This document shows, one piece after another, positions 17,925-40,510 of a stretch of DNA of 64,000 nucleotides. The notes beneath the pieces were generated by a model. It was not told where the DNA came from. It searched no databases and saw only the letters and a list, made by a program, of their open reading frames with translations. Each line of letters begins with the position of its first letter. Positions within the stretch are counted from its first letter, which is position 1. The position numbers and the translations under genes are program-made. This DNA is from the human T2T-CHM13v2.0 reference genome, Homo sapiens: assembly GCF_009914755.1 (NCBI RefSeq), contig NC_060943.1; one strand, 5' to 3'.

Positions 17925-18474
17925 ACTTCACAAAGTTAAACACAGAATCACCACATGACCCAGCAATTCCACTCCTACGTATTGACCCAAATGAATTAAA
18001 AACGGATGTCCAAACAAATCCTTGTACATGAATGCTGGTAGCAGCACTATTCACAACAGTCAAAAGGGTGGAAATAACCCACATGTCCAGAGAGATGAAT
18101 GGATAAAGATGTGGTCCATCCAGTAAATGGAATATGGAAACACTGATCCATTCTACAACATGGATGAACCCTGAAAACACGATGCTGAGAGAGAGGCCAG
18201 ACACAAAAGACCATGTTAGAGAATTCCATTGATAGGAAATGTCCAGAACAGGCAAATCCATTGACAGAAATAAAATTAGTGGTTGCCAGCGACTGGGAGG
18301 GGGAGACAAGGAGTGATTACTTAATGTGGATGGGGTCTCCTTGCGGAGGGATGAAAAAGTTCTGGAGCTAGACAGAGGTAGTGAAGACACAACACTGTAA
18401 ATGCACTAAATACCACTAAATAGTTCACTTTAAAATTATTAATTTTCTATTATGTGAATTTCACCACAATAAAA
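17925..18474 (+). mobile_element. L1MB-type LINE-1 3' end filling most of EPS15L1 intron 5
   Basis: ATGACCCAGCAATTCCACTCCTA and ACAACATGGATGAACCCTGAAAAC motifs; terminal ATGTGAATTTCACCACAATAAAA. Confidence 0.8.
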
Positions 18475-18586
18475 GGGGAAGGCTAGAGAAAACATGGAAA
18501 TATACATGCACATACACACATGCACATACACACACACACACATCTGGTATTAGAAGAATGTGAACTTGAAGGACTTGGACACTCAC

Positions 18587-18682
18587 AAATTTAGGCGGTG
18601 GCATGCTCAAATTCAGATTGCTCAAGGTAACTTCATGGCCACTCTGTGCACAGGCCACCAGTCTCAGTGCAACATAGAAACC
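18587..18682 (-). CDS. EPS15L1: EPS15L1 exon 5 ([32 protein letters not shown]), end of EH1
   Basis: ttgcag|GGT ... TTT|gtgagt; 96 nt, phase 0-0; lies in ORF 18461..18718. Confidence 0.97.
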
Positions 18683-19376
18683 CTGCAAGTCCAAAGAAAG
18701 GGAAGGAGTAAACAGCATATCGCCAGTGAGGGTAGGGGGAGCTGTCTCTAACAGCAGGCTTCAGGGAAAGAGGATGTGCACTTCAACAATGAAGGCCGTC
18801 CGTGCAAAAACCCCTTGGAGCGTTGGGCTGAACTGGACTCACCTTGGGGACATCGCTTAAATGAATACACTAAAATGGACTTATCCTGGCCAGGTGTGGT
18901 GGCTCATGTCTGTAATCCTAGCACTTTGGGAGACCGAGGCAGGTGGATCACCTGAGGTCAGGAGTTCGAGACCAGCCTGGCCAACATGGCGAAACCTCAT
19001 TTCTACTAAAAACATAAAAATCAGCCAGGCGTGGTGGCAGGTGCCTGAAATCCCAGCTACTTGGGAGGCTGAGGCAGGAGAATCACTTGAACCCAGAGGG
19101 TGGAGGCTGCAGTGAGCCAAGATCATGCCACTTCACTCCAGGCTGGGCAAAAAGAGCAAAACTCCGTCTCAAAATAAATAAATAAAATAAAATAAAATGG
19201 ACTTATTCCACTGCATCTGGAAATCTGTAAAATTTCAGATGCATATATTTTCCAAAAACTATGAGCTCCCAACATTTAGGAAATGTTAGGTTGTATAAAG
19301 CAACAAAATTAAACATGGTTAAGGTTACGAATGATGGACCAAATATGTGCCGAATTTTTGTTTGTTTTAGAGATAG

Positions 19377-19604
<228 letters not shown>

Positions 19605-20168
19605 TAGGATTACAGGTATGAGCCACTGCACCTGGCTATGTGTTGAATTTTTTTTAAAGCAGTCGTAAATACACACGGTTGGTCAGAAACTCATATCTGT
19701 GGTTCACCACGATCCCCTCGGCCTCGTTGAATGGAACATCCCCTGCCCACCCCCAGTGGCCTGACGTGGACCCCACCTAGACACGGGAAGGAAGTTGAAC
19801 TAGGCTGTCAGGTGCCTCCCTCCTAACCCAGGACCCACCACACAAAGGCTCAGTGGACTTGTGAGGGATCACTTAGCTTGTTTTTTTTCTGTTTTTTTTT
19901 TTTTTTATTAACTGGCCTAAGAACATGGATACTTTTAAAGCTATAAATACTGTTAACAGTTTTAAAAGTGTCTTCAAAGAGGTAAGTGCTAGGATCGGCC
20001 TTTCTCAGCCTGCTGTCCTCAGAAGCCCTTGCAGAGTGTAGAGGATCATAAGAGGGTTTTGAGAAAAGGGGACCTTTCATCCCTGCAAGGTCTGAGAAAA
20101 GAGAAAAATTAATAAATAGTAAAGAAAAAAAGAAAAAGGAATTAAGTAAGTTTAGAGGAACTGCATTA

Positions 20169-20420
<252 letters not shown>

Positions 20421-20954
20421 TCACTTGAACCCAGAAGATCGAGGCTGCAGTAAGCAGTGATCGCACCACTGCACTCCAGCCTGGGCAACAGAGCGAGGCT
20501 CAAAAAATAAAAAATAAAAAAACAAAACAACAAACATGCAGACATGCACCATGAACCTCAAAGAAGGGAGGTACAAGTGAAGGGGGCTTCCTGGACAGAC
20601 TGGATCACAAGTCATGGCACAGCACAAACAAGGTCCCTTCTAACAAAATGGCCATCTACGACCACTTAAAATCACTTATAAGTACAGGCTGAGTATTCCT
20701 CATCCCAAATGCTTGGTATCAGAAGAGTTTCAGATTTCAGATTTTTTTTTTTTTTTTTTCAGATGGGGTTTTCACTGTGGAGGCTAAGGCATGAGAATCT
20801 TGTGAATCCAGAGGGCAGAGGCTGCAGTGAGCCAAGATCATGTCACTGCACTCCAGCCTGGGCAAGAGTTAGACTCTGTCTCCAAAAAAAAAAAAAAAAA
20901 ACTCTGATTAAGGCCTTTAGTCAAAGTTACACCAATGTCTACTTTGTTACATTA

Positions 20955-21305
<351 letters not shown>

Positions 21306-21678
21306 TTATGTAAGACACCATCACTGGGGAGAGCTGGCAAAAGATACACAGGAACCCTCCAAGCTATTTGTGCAACTTCCACGAGAGACTGGTCCAAAAT
21401 AAAAAGTCTGGACAACACTTTAATCACATGTAAGGTTACAAAACATTAAAAGAAAAATAAATAAATAAATAAATAAAAGATACACTAGCCATGAAAGATG
21501 GCTCCAAGTGTTTAAAAGACCTTTATTTCAAAATGAAAACTTCCCGTGTTAAGTTTGACAGCCGTGCTCATGCCTAGTAATACTTGACAGTGGAGGAATG
21601 TGGAAGGAGCCGTGGAGGTCACCCAGCCTGGGGGCTCTGCCCAGCCCCTCCATTTGCTCTGTGTACATGTGTATATAC

Positions 21679-21726
21679 CTGTTTGTCCAAGAACCCTTTA
21701 CCTTCTGGATCGGCCAAGTCCCATAT
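21679..21726 (-). CDS. EPS15L1: EPS15L1 exon 4 (IWDLADPEGKGFLDKQ), EH1
   Basis: ccgcag|ATA ... CAG|gtatat; 48 nt, phase 0-0; conserved EH tryptophan. Confidence 0.97.
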
Positions 21727-22101
21727 CTGCGGAAACACAAAAATGCTCATAAGCATGACTGCCGATCACTGTCCACGTGTTAACAAAAACCAGAGCCGCC
21801 ACCACCCCATCACTGGCCTTGCGGGGCAGGAGTGACTGTCCCCAGGTTGTCCTGCAGATGAAGAAGCCAATTCAGAGCAGGTGAATGATCTGCCCAGGGG
21901 CGCACAGCCAGTCAGCGGCAGGGCCCAGAGGACATCCAGGTGCACTCAGCTCCCAAGCCAATGGTGTTTATGACACCCTTCTTCCCCCAACTAAAGTCCG
22001 CAAGTGGCCAAGCGCGGTGGTTCACGCCTGTAATCCCAGCACTTTGGGAGGCCAAGGTGGGCGATTCACCTGAGGTCAGGAGTGCGAGACCAGTCTGGCT
22101 A

Positions 22102-22284
<183 letters not shown>

Positions 22285-22339
22285 TCAAAAAAAAAATTAG
22301 CCGGGTGTGGTAGCATGTGCCTGTAATCCCAGCTATTCA

Positions 22340-22444
<105 letters not shown>

Positions 22445-22708
22445 TCAAAAAAAAAAAAAAAAAAAAAAGTCCACAAGCTATCAAGACCCCAAAAGTACTC
22501 GGGTTTCTTATCTGCTACCAAAGTAGTGGTGGGGGCTGCCACCTGGGCATTTGGATCCACCAGCTGCAGCCTGAGAGGTCTGCAGCGACCAGGCCACTAC
22601 CCAGGAGGCCGGGCCCCATGGAAGGAGGCCTGCACAGGCTGGCCCTGACCTGCGGGGGGAGCTGTGAGGGCAGCCACAGAAGAGAAATCACTATTCATCT
22701 TCACATAC

Positions 22709-22798
22709 CTTCCCAAGGATAATGTCCGAGAGGCCAGACTTCTTTAGAAAAAGCGCAGCTTCACTCGCCCCCACCCTCCCTGTGTATGCCGGATCGAC
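22709..22798 (-). CDS. EPS15L1: EPS15L1 exon 3 ([30 protein letters not shown]), EH1
   Basis: tttcag|GTC ... AAG|gtatgt; 90 nt, phase 0-0; typical EH motif FLKKSGLS. Confidence 0.97.
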
Positions 22799-22994
22799 CT
22801 GAAATGGGAGACCAAGAGGCAAAATAACTTTTCAGCAAATGCAGCAGCAGGTGAAGTGGCACCCGCCACGCTAACTATCCGCTGACAGTGAACAGAAAAG
22901 GACAAAAGGCCGCTCAGCCGGGCTTCTATTCTGTACTGTGCTTTCAGCTCAGGCATGCTCTAGTTCCATCTGAAGAGACATCAGCTAAACTTAC

Positions 22995-23036
22995 CTGCTT
23001 GTAATAAGATTCATACAACGAATTTCCAGTGGGAAT
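22995..23036 (-). CDS. EPS15L1: EPS15L1 exon 2 (IPTGNSLYESYYKQ), start of EH1
   Basis: tttacag|ATT ... CAG|gtaagt; 42 nt, phase 0-0. Confidence 0.96.
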
Positions 23037-24306
23037 CTGTAAATGAAACCACAGATATTGGTCAAAAGTGAACACAACCCCTTGGGGAAAAAAAGGGTTG
23101 CCCCCTCAATTTTGTCATGACCAAAATATATGATGATAGTTAGAGTCAAAATGCATGCACTTTAAACATCCTCTGAACACAGAATTCAGTTTATCTTCAG
23201 ACACAGATATTATTATGCTTACCTGATTTAGAAAAAGTAAGCTTAATGTTCTTTAATAAATCCTGATTCTAGGGCAAACAATATAGTCACTCAGGAAACA
23301 GCAGCAGCAGCCCAGTGTCAATTTCCATTCACTGAGCAAAGGGATTTCAGCTCCTGGAGAGCTCAGAGGGAAAGGACACTCTATCCTCTGAGATTGTTCT
23401 CTGGCTCCGGAATCAGAAAAGAAGTTTCCACGCATTATCATAAATCACCAGGCCTGCAAGCTTTCGACCAGTTTCCCTGGCCTGGGTCTGGTTCTCAACC
23501 ATCCCATCCATCCTCCTCCAGCTACCTGAGTGCTCAGAGACGCACACTGACCAGCCCGCGCCCGGAGAGCGCTGGCCAGTAACTGTTCCCACCAGGGAAG
23601 GAAGGAAGTGCAGTGTCCTCAGCTTGGCACTGAAGATATTCCATTTCCCGACACCTCAGAGCCCCAAGACATCGCTGTTTGGAGGTCACTTCCCCATCTA
23701 GGGTCACGCAGCTAATCGGGGCCACCAGAGGCCACACCTGGATCCAGCCTGGCTGGCGGCCAAGTCCAGACACTTCCCGCTGTGTCCTGAGCTCTGCCAG
23801 ACGTCTCCCAGGGAAGGGGAGGGACACCCAGGGGAGTGTGCCAACCTGGTGGGGAATTATGCAGTCCCTGAAATGCTGGCTGTAAAAGTTTACGTGCGTT
23901 GGTGTTTTAGTAAGTGAGGTGAAAAAAGAGCACACAAACCTGCCGCTGATGTAATAAGCGATAAAAGTGAAGAATGCACAATGACACCTAATTATACAGA
24001 ATGGATGTGTAAACAGCTAAAGAGAATAGAACTGGGCAGGGAAAAGAGGACTATCTTGGGGGCAGGATTACAGTGTTTATCCAACAAATTCTGGGACTGC
24101 TGTTGTACGATTTCTCACAATGAATAAAACCAGGGGGACGTAGACTCCTTCCAGTTATAGTCATTGGATTTGAACCAATACGCACCCACCACTTGCATAT
24201 TGTTGTGCTACAAAGGGTCATTTGAAGCTAAAAATAATGCCCAGGCCGGGCGCAGTGGCTCACGCCTATAATCCCAGTACTTTGTGAGGCCAAGGCAGGC
24301 AGATCA

Positions 24307-24667
<361 letters not shown>

Positions 24668-24718
24668 TCAGGAGCTCAAGATCAGTCTGGCCAACATAGT
24701 GAAACCCCGTCTCTACTA

Positions 24719-25042
<324 letters not shown>

Positions 25043-25420
25043 CTAGAATAACATGAAAAAGCAAGAAAAGCCAGAGATTTAGGAGCCATCATTTTAAAAC
25101 AGACAAAGACATCATGGAAAAGACATAGGAGGTAAGTGTGTATAGCAACAGCAGCCCCAAGATGGCTGCCCCCCTCGTGCTTGGAGGCAGTGACACCATT
25201 CCTGGGTGAGGGGTACAGGAAGGAGTGGCTATCACCCTTAGCATCTTACAACCTCGTTAGATGACAGTGTCCAGCCATCACACCTGTGTCAACTTCTGGG
25301 CTCAAACTCCAGCTTATTTCCAAAATATGTCTCCCCAGAGGAAGAAGACCCACAGAAAGGAGGCCAAGGCAGGCAGGCTGTTTGTCATCTGTCAGTAAAG
25401 GTGACAGTGGTCAGGTCTAG

Positions 25421-25762
<342 letters not shown>

Positions 25763-28470
25763 TGACCTCAGGTGATCCGCCTGCTTTGGCCTCCCAAAGT
25801 GCTGGGATTACAGGCATGAGCCACCACGCCCAGCCCCAGGCGAGTTTTTTAACAATCTCATGGGAAGCAAGGGAAAGAGGTTTCCAAGCTACTGTGATTC
25901 CAGTGGAAAAAAAAGAGTTTCAGTCTTTGAGGCATGCAGGGTTATTAAATATCTGCTCTACTTCCCAGGCGCTAATGAGCAACAAGATCCGCAACCAAGA
26001 GAAACAAGGCCTGGACTAATCCAGAAGAGTCGCTGAAGGACACAGCCCAGAGCTCCAACCTCTGCCCATCCATGCTAAAGGCTCATCCGGCTCGAACACT
26101 TGATGACCACCGGATGTCACTCTCAAAAGACCTACAGCTGAGGGAAAGCCCAGGGAGTATGGCTCAACCATTGCTCATCACCACGGGAGTCCATCTGGGT
26201 AACCTGGAACAATGACAGTGGTCAGAGGTTTTGATCTAATTACACATATGTCAGGTTTTGCATATGCAAAAGCAGAAGGGGGAAGAAAGAAGGTACAGCA
26301 CCAGGCCCCAACTGCCACTTCCTCTTATGCCAGGCTTCTTCCCAGGAACAATGGACTCACACCTGCACGCTGCCCTGATATGTCATTGCGACAGAACTGA
26401 AGACACATGTTGCTAATGACATAAATCCCCAGCCCCAGGCAGTCTGTCACTGGCCCCTGTGCAGAGACCTCTTGGCCCCCAAAAGGAAGATTCACAGCTA
26501 CTGGGAAAGAGCCCTCTGTATGCTGAGAGCAGCCTCTGGAGCTGCCCACCCATGTCTGACCCCAAAGTGAGCCTGGGGCCAAGCCCGAGGCAACAGCAGA
26601 GAGGGGACGCACCAGGGGATGAGGCCTGCACCGTAAGAGGCTGCAGGTGGCACCAGGATGGCCGTAGGAATGGAAGGAAGTGCAGCAGAGCTGACCCGAT
26701 GTGTTCTCCTGACCCAGCCCACTGTGCTGAGAAGACGCCATCTTCGCCTCTGCAGTGTGTGAATTGTTGATGAGGTTCAGTGTAGCTTTCAGCTCGGTCT
26801 TTCAGTTGCTCTTCCTAACTCAAAATGCTAAGAGACAACATGCAAAGTTCCTGTGGCCTCCTCACTTATCCTCCAGCCCAGAAACAATTTACAAGTGGGA
26901 TGACAGAGAGAGGGGCACAAGGAGAAGGACAAGTTCACATCCTTCTGCTCTGAAGGCTTTAAAACACCGCAATTCACACAAGCGCCTGTAACTGTAACCC
27001 AGGACAACAGCAGTTGAGATGGAGAAACCCAGCAGAACCACCTCGGAGGAGAAACTGTCTCAGGATTGTGTTCTAACGACTCCTAAGCAGGGTTCACCCA
27101 ACTCTGATCCCCGCACGTGGCCGAGGGCAGGACGCCTCCTACATCTTCATGCCTGGCTGCCTCCTGCCCAAACTCTCACTCTCACTCTGCTAGCAAAGTA
27201 CGCGCTCTTGTGCAAAACAAACCAATGATCATCAGCCTTGGTTCAAAATGACTTTTGGAAAGCAATCCATTTTCACTGTAAAATGTTCAGAGAAGTACCT
27301 ATAATCCCTTGTTTCCTATCCAGTACCTCTCATCCTCCCGACAACGCTAAAGGGCAGGTAATATTACTAGTCCAGTTGACAGGTGGGGAAACTGAGTTTG
27401 CCCTACTCAGGACCACAACAGCCAATGAGCAACAGTCAGTGAAGCACCCAGGATAGGTGGTCCTGGAGTCAGACCCTCACCTACTGTGCACCCTGTAATG
27501 ACAGCCCAGGTGTCACAGGGCTGTGCACCGGACCACAGGACAGCCTCATGCATATGCTGGCCTGGGAAAATGCACGTCCGTGATGACGTGCTGGAGCATT
27601 TTATTAAACAGAAGAGGTCAAAAGGCAACACTCAATTTGAGCATATAAATGGACTTGAAAGCCAGTGTTTTCGATGACCTGCCATTTCCCCAGGAAAGCT
27701 GAGACCCCATAATGGCTATGTTTTTCAATGCCACTGCCAAGTTTTGCAGGAAGTTAGGCATATAACACTGAAACACATCTCAGTCTGAGTTCCTACTTAG
27801 AAAAACATATGGATGCAAAAACATAGCCCGGAGTAGAGCTTGCTTGATAATCCTTCCATTTCTGCCTTCCCCTTAGAGGCCCCCACAGGCCTTGCACAAC
27901 CATCACCCAATGTGAGCCCAGCCCTCCCAGCAGGCCGGCCCACATTCTGCGGGTGAGATAACCTGGCTCAGTCATGTGGCAAGCACGGGGCAGAACTGGG
28001 ACTTGACTCAAAACATTCAAAAGGCATCAGGGAAACGCTGGGGTATGTCTAACCTTCCTGGACTGGATGGGCAGCTCTCTCCAACTGCTCCATCAGAGGT
28101 TTCTACAGCAGAGCTAAGGTAAATGTTACCAAGAGAAGGAGAAGACTTGGCAAGTGAAAAGAGAGCTTTTCCAAATCACAAGGAAAAAGACATCTCAATT
28201 AAAAATGAGCAAAGAGAGAGGCAATTCAGAAAGAAGAGATGCAGCAAAGTTAGAAAGAAAATGTTCCATCTCACTAGTAATTTAAGTATTACAGGGCCAG
28301 GCACTCTGGCTCACACCTGTAATCCCAGCACTTAGGGAGGCCAAGGTGGGTGAATCACCTGAGGTCAGGAGTTCAAGACCAGCCTGGCCAACATGATGAA
28401 ACCCCATCACTACTAAAAATACAAAAATTAGCCAGGCATGGTGGCAGGTGCCTGTAATCCCAGTTACTCA

Positions 28471-28569
<99 letters not shown>

Positions 28570-28594
28570 TCATCTTCGGAAAAAAAAAAAAAGG

Positions 28595-32125
<3,531 letters not shown>

Positions 32126-32305
32126 TTTTCTTTAAAGACTTAGGAAACCTAATGACCAAATGCAAGGTGACATTTGCAGACAATCAGGGAAATGTGAATA
32201 TGGTCTTGTTATCAGATAATACCAATACCAAAGGCGTTATTATTAGTTGTGTAAGGTGTGATAAGGCATTGTGGTTATGTAAAGGAAAACGGTCTTAACT
32301 GTTAG

Positions 32306-32527
<222 letters not shown>

Positions 32528-32692
32528 TAGTAGAGACAGGGTTTCACCATGTTAGCCAGGATGGTCTCGATCTCCTGACCTCGTGATCCACCCGCCTCGG
32601 CCTGCCAGAGTGCTGGGATTACAGGCGTGAGCCACCGCGCCTGGCCTACAATTTCTAAGATTAAAAAAAAACAGGCCAGGCACGGTGGCTCA

Positions 32693-33154
<462 letters not shown>

Positions 33155-33157
33155 TCA

Positions 33158-33469
<312 letters not shown>

Positions 33470-33474
33470 CCTAA

Positions 33475-33798
<324 letters not shown>

Positions 33799-33857
33799 TA
33801 GTAGAGACGGGGTTTCACCGTGTTAGTCAGGATGGCCTCGATCTCCTGACCTCATGA

Positions 33858-34142
<285 letters not shown>

Positions 34143-34343
34143 TAACTCCTGGGTTCAAAAGATCTTCCCACCGGGGCCTCCCACGGTGCTGGGATTATAG
34201 GTGTGAGCATGCCCAGCCATCAACTTTTAATGTGTTTAAAGGCCATTTGGGCTGGGCACAGTGGCTCATGCCTGTAATCCCAACACTTTGGGAGGCCGAG
34301 GTGGGCGGATCATGAGGTCAGGAGATCGAGACCATCCTGGCTA

Positions 34344-34563
<220 letters not shown>

Positions 34564-35341
34564 CTATGTTCACTACCAGGGTGACAGGATCCGTATTCCA
34601 AACCTCAGCATCATGCAATACTCTCATGTAACAAATATGCACATGTACTCTCTGTATCTACAATAAAAAAAGCTGAAATCCAAGAAAGAAAAAAGAATTC
34701 CTATAAAAAAAAAAAAAAGGCCATTTGATGTGCTTCTGCCTTGGCAAGGACCCTAATGGCACAAGCTGCGTCAGGTTTAAGTGTGACAAATGAGGAGAGC
34801 TTGGTGACAGGATCGTGCTTCTGTGAAACAATACAAACTGGCATTCCTTTAGAACACACACAAGTGTGCCCTACCATGGCTACAAGGTCTGCTCCTGGGA
34901 GACTGAGAAGTGATGCAGGAGTGGGGGAAGGGTAAGAGGGTTCGCTGTTTTCCCCCCTTGAGGGCACAGATGCAGACTGCAAGGCACTGGAAACAGCAGA
35001 GGACTGGTTAAGCTGCTAATAAATTGCTGAGTCTCCATGGGACAGAATAAATACCTTACAGCCATCAAAACAGCAGAATGTTTACAAATGGGGTCCAATC
35101 TTCATCAGCTTGCTAAATGAGAAGGGGGCAATCTAGCAGGTGCAGTGTGTGACCTGGCTTATAAGCACACGGTATCCTATCGCCCCGCTACTGGAACCTG
35201 GCGGGACAGGGCCATGCTTACCAGGATTTCTACGGGCCAGCTAGTTTGCTTCCTCATGGCTTCCTATGTTCCCTGGTGTACTATGTCAGCATGAGCTGCT
35301 TTTGTAAATTAGACAGAAATAGAAAGATGTGCAAGGAAAAG

Positions 35342-36141
<800 letters not shown>

Positions 36142-37116
36142 ATTATTTTGCCAGGCTGGTCTTGAACTCCTGGCCTCAAGCAATCCTCCTGCCTTGGCCT
36201 CCCAAAGTGCTGGGATTACAGGCATGAGCACCAAACTCAGCATTCCAGAAACAGAACTGCTGGAGAAAAAACATTGCCTGCAGCAGGCTTCCTGCCTCGA
36301 TGCACTGCCCTGTGGAGGATGCAGGACTATGCTGAGCCCTAAACGTCTTCAGGAGAGACTGCCCAGCTCCATCTACACCTATGGGCTGTGTTCTCCCATC
36401 TTGCTTCACTAAGAGAAGCTGTCTCATGTGGAGGTCAACAGTGCTGCCAGACAAATGTGGATTTGAGTCCTGTCCTGCTGCTGGAATGCTGTGCAACCCT
36501 GGGGCAGGACGAGCAGCCTCTCTGTGCCTCAGCTTCTGCATCTGGAGATGAGGGTGAGCACTCCCACCCCCGGGGACTTGTCAATCACCGGCTGTTGTGA
36601 TTCCTGGTATCCTCCTCATCGCCCTCCTTCCACTGGCTCCAGGTAAAAATGTACCCTCTCCCCAGAAACATCCCTCCATCTCTCTTCCACCTCCAGCTAC
36701 TGACCTCCCCCCACCCTTCGCATAAAACCTCCTGAAAGCCAGGCGCAGTGGATCACACCTATAATTCCAGCAATATGGGAGACCAAGACGGGTGGATCAC
36801 CTGAGGTCAGGAGTTCGAGACCAGCCTGACCAACATGGAGAAATCTTGTCTCTACTAAAAATATAAAATTAGCTAGGCATGGTGGCACAGGCCTGTAATC
36901 CCAGCTACTCAGGAGGCTGAGGCAGAAGAATCATTTGAACCCAGGAGGCAGAGGTTGCAGCGAGCCGAGGTTGTGCCATTGCACTCCAGCCTGGGCAACA
37001 AGAGGAAAACCCTGTCTCAAACAAACAAACAAAAAACCCTCCTGAAAAAGGGTCCACCCTTGGATTCCCCAGCTCTCCCTTCTTTGGACCTGGAAATTTA
37101 TTTGTTTGCTCACTCA

Positions 37117-37557
<441 letters not shown>

Positions 37558-39489
37558 CTATGGCACAGGGGACCGCATGATATGACTGCAGCAGTAGGCA
37601 CAGTGAGGGGAACTCAGGGCTTGGGGCCAGGTGTGCACCGGGACAGAGAAGACAGGTGAGCTGTGGGTGATTCAGCACGGCCCCAGTCAGGTGGAAGGGC
37701 ATGTGCATAGGATGCCAGGGTCTGTGCACGCTGTGCTGAAAAGACAGGATGTCATCCCCAGGGCAAGCAGAACATGGGGAGGGGGTGCCTGCAGGCCAGC
37801 AAGGTGGGCGCATATGCATATGAGATGGTAAACGGCAGAAATCCGCTGCAAGGAGCAGGGCTGGAAGGAAGTGATCAGAGAGAGACTGCCATGGCCCTCC
37901 AGCAGCAGAACTCCAGCAGCCTGGGGACTGCAGCGACTCACAATGCAGACACCCGGAGAAGGAGGACATGCCAGTTCCCTAAAAACGAATGTGTTTCCTT
38001 GGGATGTCCCCAGGGGCATTGAGGTGGAAATCTAATTGCCATTCTAGACACCTTGGTGCAGGTGTGGAGGTGAACAACGGGACATTCCCCACCCACAGCC
38101 TCATGGAGCTGTGACAAAGCACAGAGACGGCTGCCAAGAGCTAGATGGAAGAGACAGGATGGAGGGCCAGTCCGCAGCCAGCAGCAGACATACACCCAGG
38201 GCACCAGGAGACCTGGAAGGCCCCCCCTCCATGGCTGAGCCTGTCCAGGGAGACTCAGTCAAGCGAGGCTGTGGAGCACCCGCACCAAAGCAGTGCCAGA
38301 GACAGGCTTGCCACGGGGAGGGAGGGAGGAGGCTCCACCACAGGAAATACCAGGGCAGCTGGGTCCTGGAGGGATGGAGGGGCGGGCGTGTAGGGAAGGG
38401 CTCAAGGGTCTTGTGCAGCCATGCAGAGGGCAGAAGGGATGGAACTGGAATGGCGCCCGGGCAGGAGGGGAACAGATTCCAGCCCTCCCTCCTGAAAACG
38501 CTGCTTAAGAGCAAAAGCAGATGAAGCCTCTGAGCAGCCCTCCCAGCTGCTGACCTGTGTCCCCTGGACATCACCCCTCCCGGGCATCTCAGAGAACAGA
38601 CCTATTCAGTTCCATCTGTTTCCTTCCTCTGACCCATGAGCGGTCTCCCTGGAGAGACATGGGAGAGCAGTCACCCAAGACTGGGGGGGAGGGGGGAACA
38701 CCGAGAGGGGCTCAATGACTCAGCAGTGTGTCCTCCGCAGCAGGAACACCCACCGCCTCCCACAAGGGCCCACTTCCCAGAGTCTCCCAACTTTCCAAAG
38801 TGTACCCCGGGCCTTCCCAACATTCCTTTCCTGCATCAGCTACTCCTGGGCTCCAATGTCCCTGCCATCTACTACTCCCTAACAGAGCACACTGCCCAGG
38901 ACTCGGTTGGGATGGGTCTGGCCTCCTGTCGGGGTGTTCCTGACAGTGGGGGGTGGCTCCCTGCCAAGGACGCCAAGATCCCCTGCACTGGCCAGGTCAG
39001 TGCCATGCCACCTTCCTCCTCATCGCTGTGGGTGACAGCGTCAGCCTCCTAGTGCACTGTTCTTTTTCTGGCCCCTCTAAACATCAGGCACCCCTCGAGG
39101 CTCCCGGACCCCACAGTGAGCAGAAAGATGGTTGCTGCCACCATGGAGCATCATAGTCAGGGCATCAAAGCCAGTGAGCTGACACACACACCAACACAGA
39201 AGAGCAAATGCACAGCAGGGGTGACAAGGACAAGGACAGGGGCTCTGTCCTGATGGGAGGGCCGCCCCGCCCCCACCCCGCTTGCCCCATACATGCCTCT
39301 ACAGAGCCTGGCCCAGCCTCCTCACCCACGGCCCTGCCTTCACCCGCTTCCCCACTGCACCTCGCACACAGCCACTCCTCTGCTCAGAAAGGCTCTTCAG
39401 GGTGTGTAACGGAGGCTAAGGTCCAAGCCCTGAGCCCAGTCCTGAAAGTGCTCCCTGGCCATCTCCTACCTTGCCGGGCTGATTTCACT

Positions 39490-39600
39490 CCACACACACA
39501 CTCACTCACACACACTCAGCCACACACACATACACACAATCACACATGTACACTCAGGCTCACCCACATACACTCACACTCACATATATCACACTCAAGT
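39490..39600. repeat. Degenerate (CA)n/(CACT)n repeat
   Basis: cacacacacactcactcacacacactc... Confidence 0.85.
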
Positions 39601-39677
39601 CTCACCTCCTTCCCCCGGCTGGCAGAGCTCTACTGAACATATCGGGCACCTTTCACTCCTTGTCTTGGCACAAGATG

Positions 39678-40012
39678 CAGTCATGCATCGTTTAACTACA
39701 GGGATGCGTCCTGAGAGTTGCATCGTCAGGTTAATTTCATCGTCGTGAGGACATCCTGGAGTGAACTTACACAAACCTAGAAGGCAGCGCCTGCTCCACG
39801 CCTGGGCTGTGGTCTAGCCTATTACTCCCAGGCTACAAACCTGGGCAGCGTGGCCCGGTACAGAAAACTGCAGGCAACTGTAACACAATGCTAAGTAGCT
39901 GCGTATCTAAACATATCTAAACATAGCAAAGGCACAGGAAAAATACAGCAGTATAATCTTACGGGAGCACTGTCACATATGCAGTCCATCATGGTTATGC
40001 GGTGCGTGACTG
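39678..40012 (+). mobile_element. Tigger3a/MER7A-like MITE
   Basis: TIRs CAGTCATGCATCG ... GCGGTGCGTGACTG; internal ACTTACACAAACCTAGA and GGCTACAAACCTG. Confidence 0.8.
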
Positions 40013-40379
40013 CATTCCCTATGCTTGGGGCCGCTGCCTGCTGCAGGCCAACGCCCTGCTCTAAGATGACCCTAGGTTCCCCCAAATGAAATAAGTCCCT
40101 CCTGCCTCCACACTCCCATAGCCCCAAACTTTGACAAGGGACACTTCCTGAAGTTGATTTGATGGAAAAGCTGCTGTAATGACCGGCCCCTCTCACTACA
40201 TTCTTAATGCCTGGAGGGTGGAGGGATCACGCTGTGCCCTCCTAGAAGCAGGCCTTCAGTAAATGTCTGTTGAGGGCATGGGTGAGATTAAAGTGTTGAG
40301 GGAGGCAGGTGGTGGGCTGAGTGCAGGAAGGTGCAGTTGGTAGTGGGGAGCGGGCAGACATAGCTCTGTGGCTCAGTAG

Positions 40380-40510
40380 CAGTGAGGACAAGCCACCAAG
40401 CCACCCTGGGCCTCAGTGTCCCCATCTGTAAAATGAGAATAGACAGCACCTGGCCTGAGGATGCTGGTAAGTCCCAAATGAGAATATGCAAGTGAAATAC
40501 ACTCTGCAAT
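40380..40510 (+). mobile_element. MIR core fragment (similar fragments near 48660-48760 and 51650-51880)
   Basis: CTGGGCCTCAGTGTCCCCATCTGTAAAATGAGAATA core. Confidence 0.7.
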
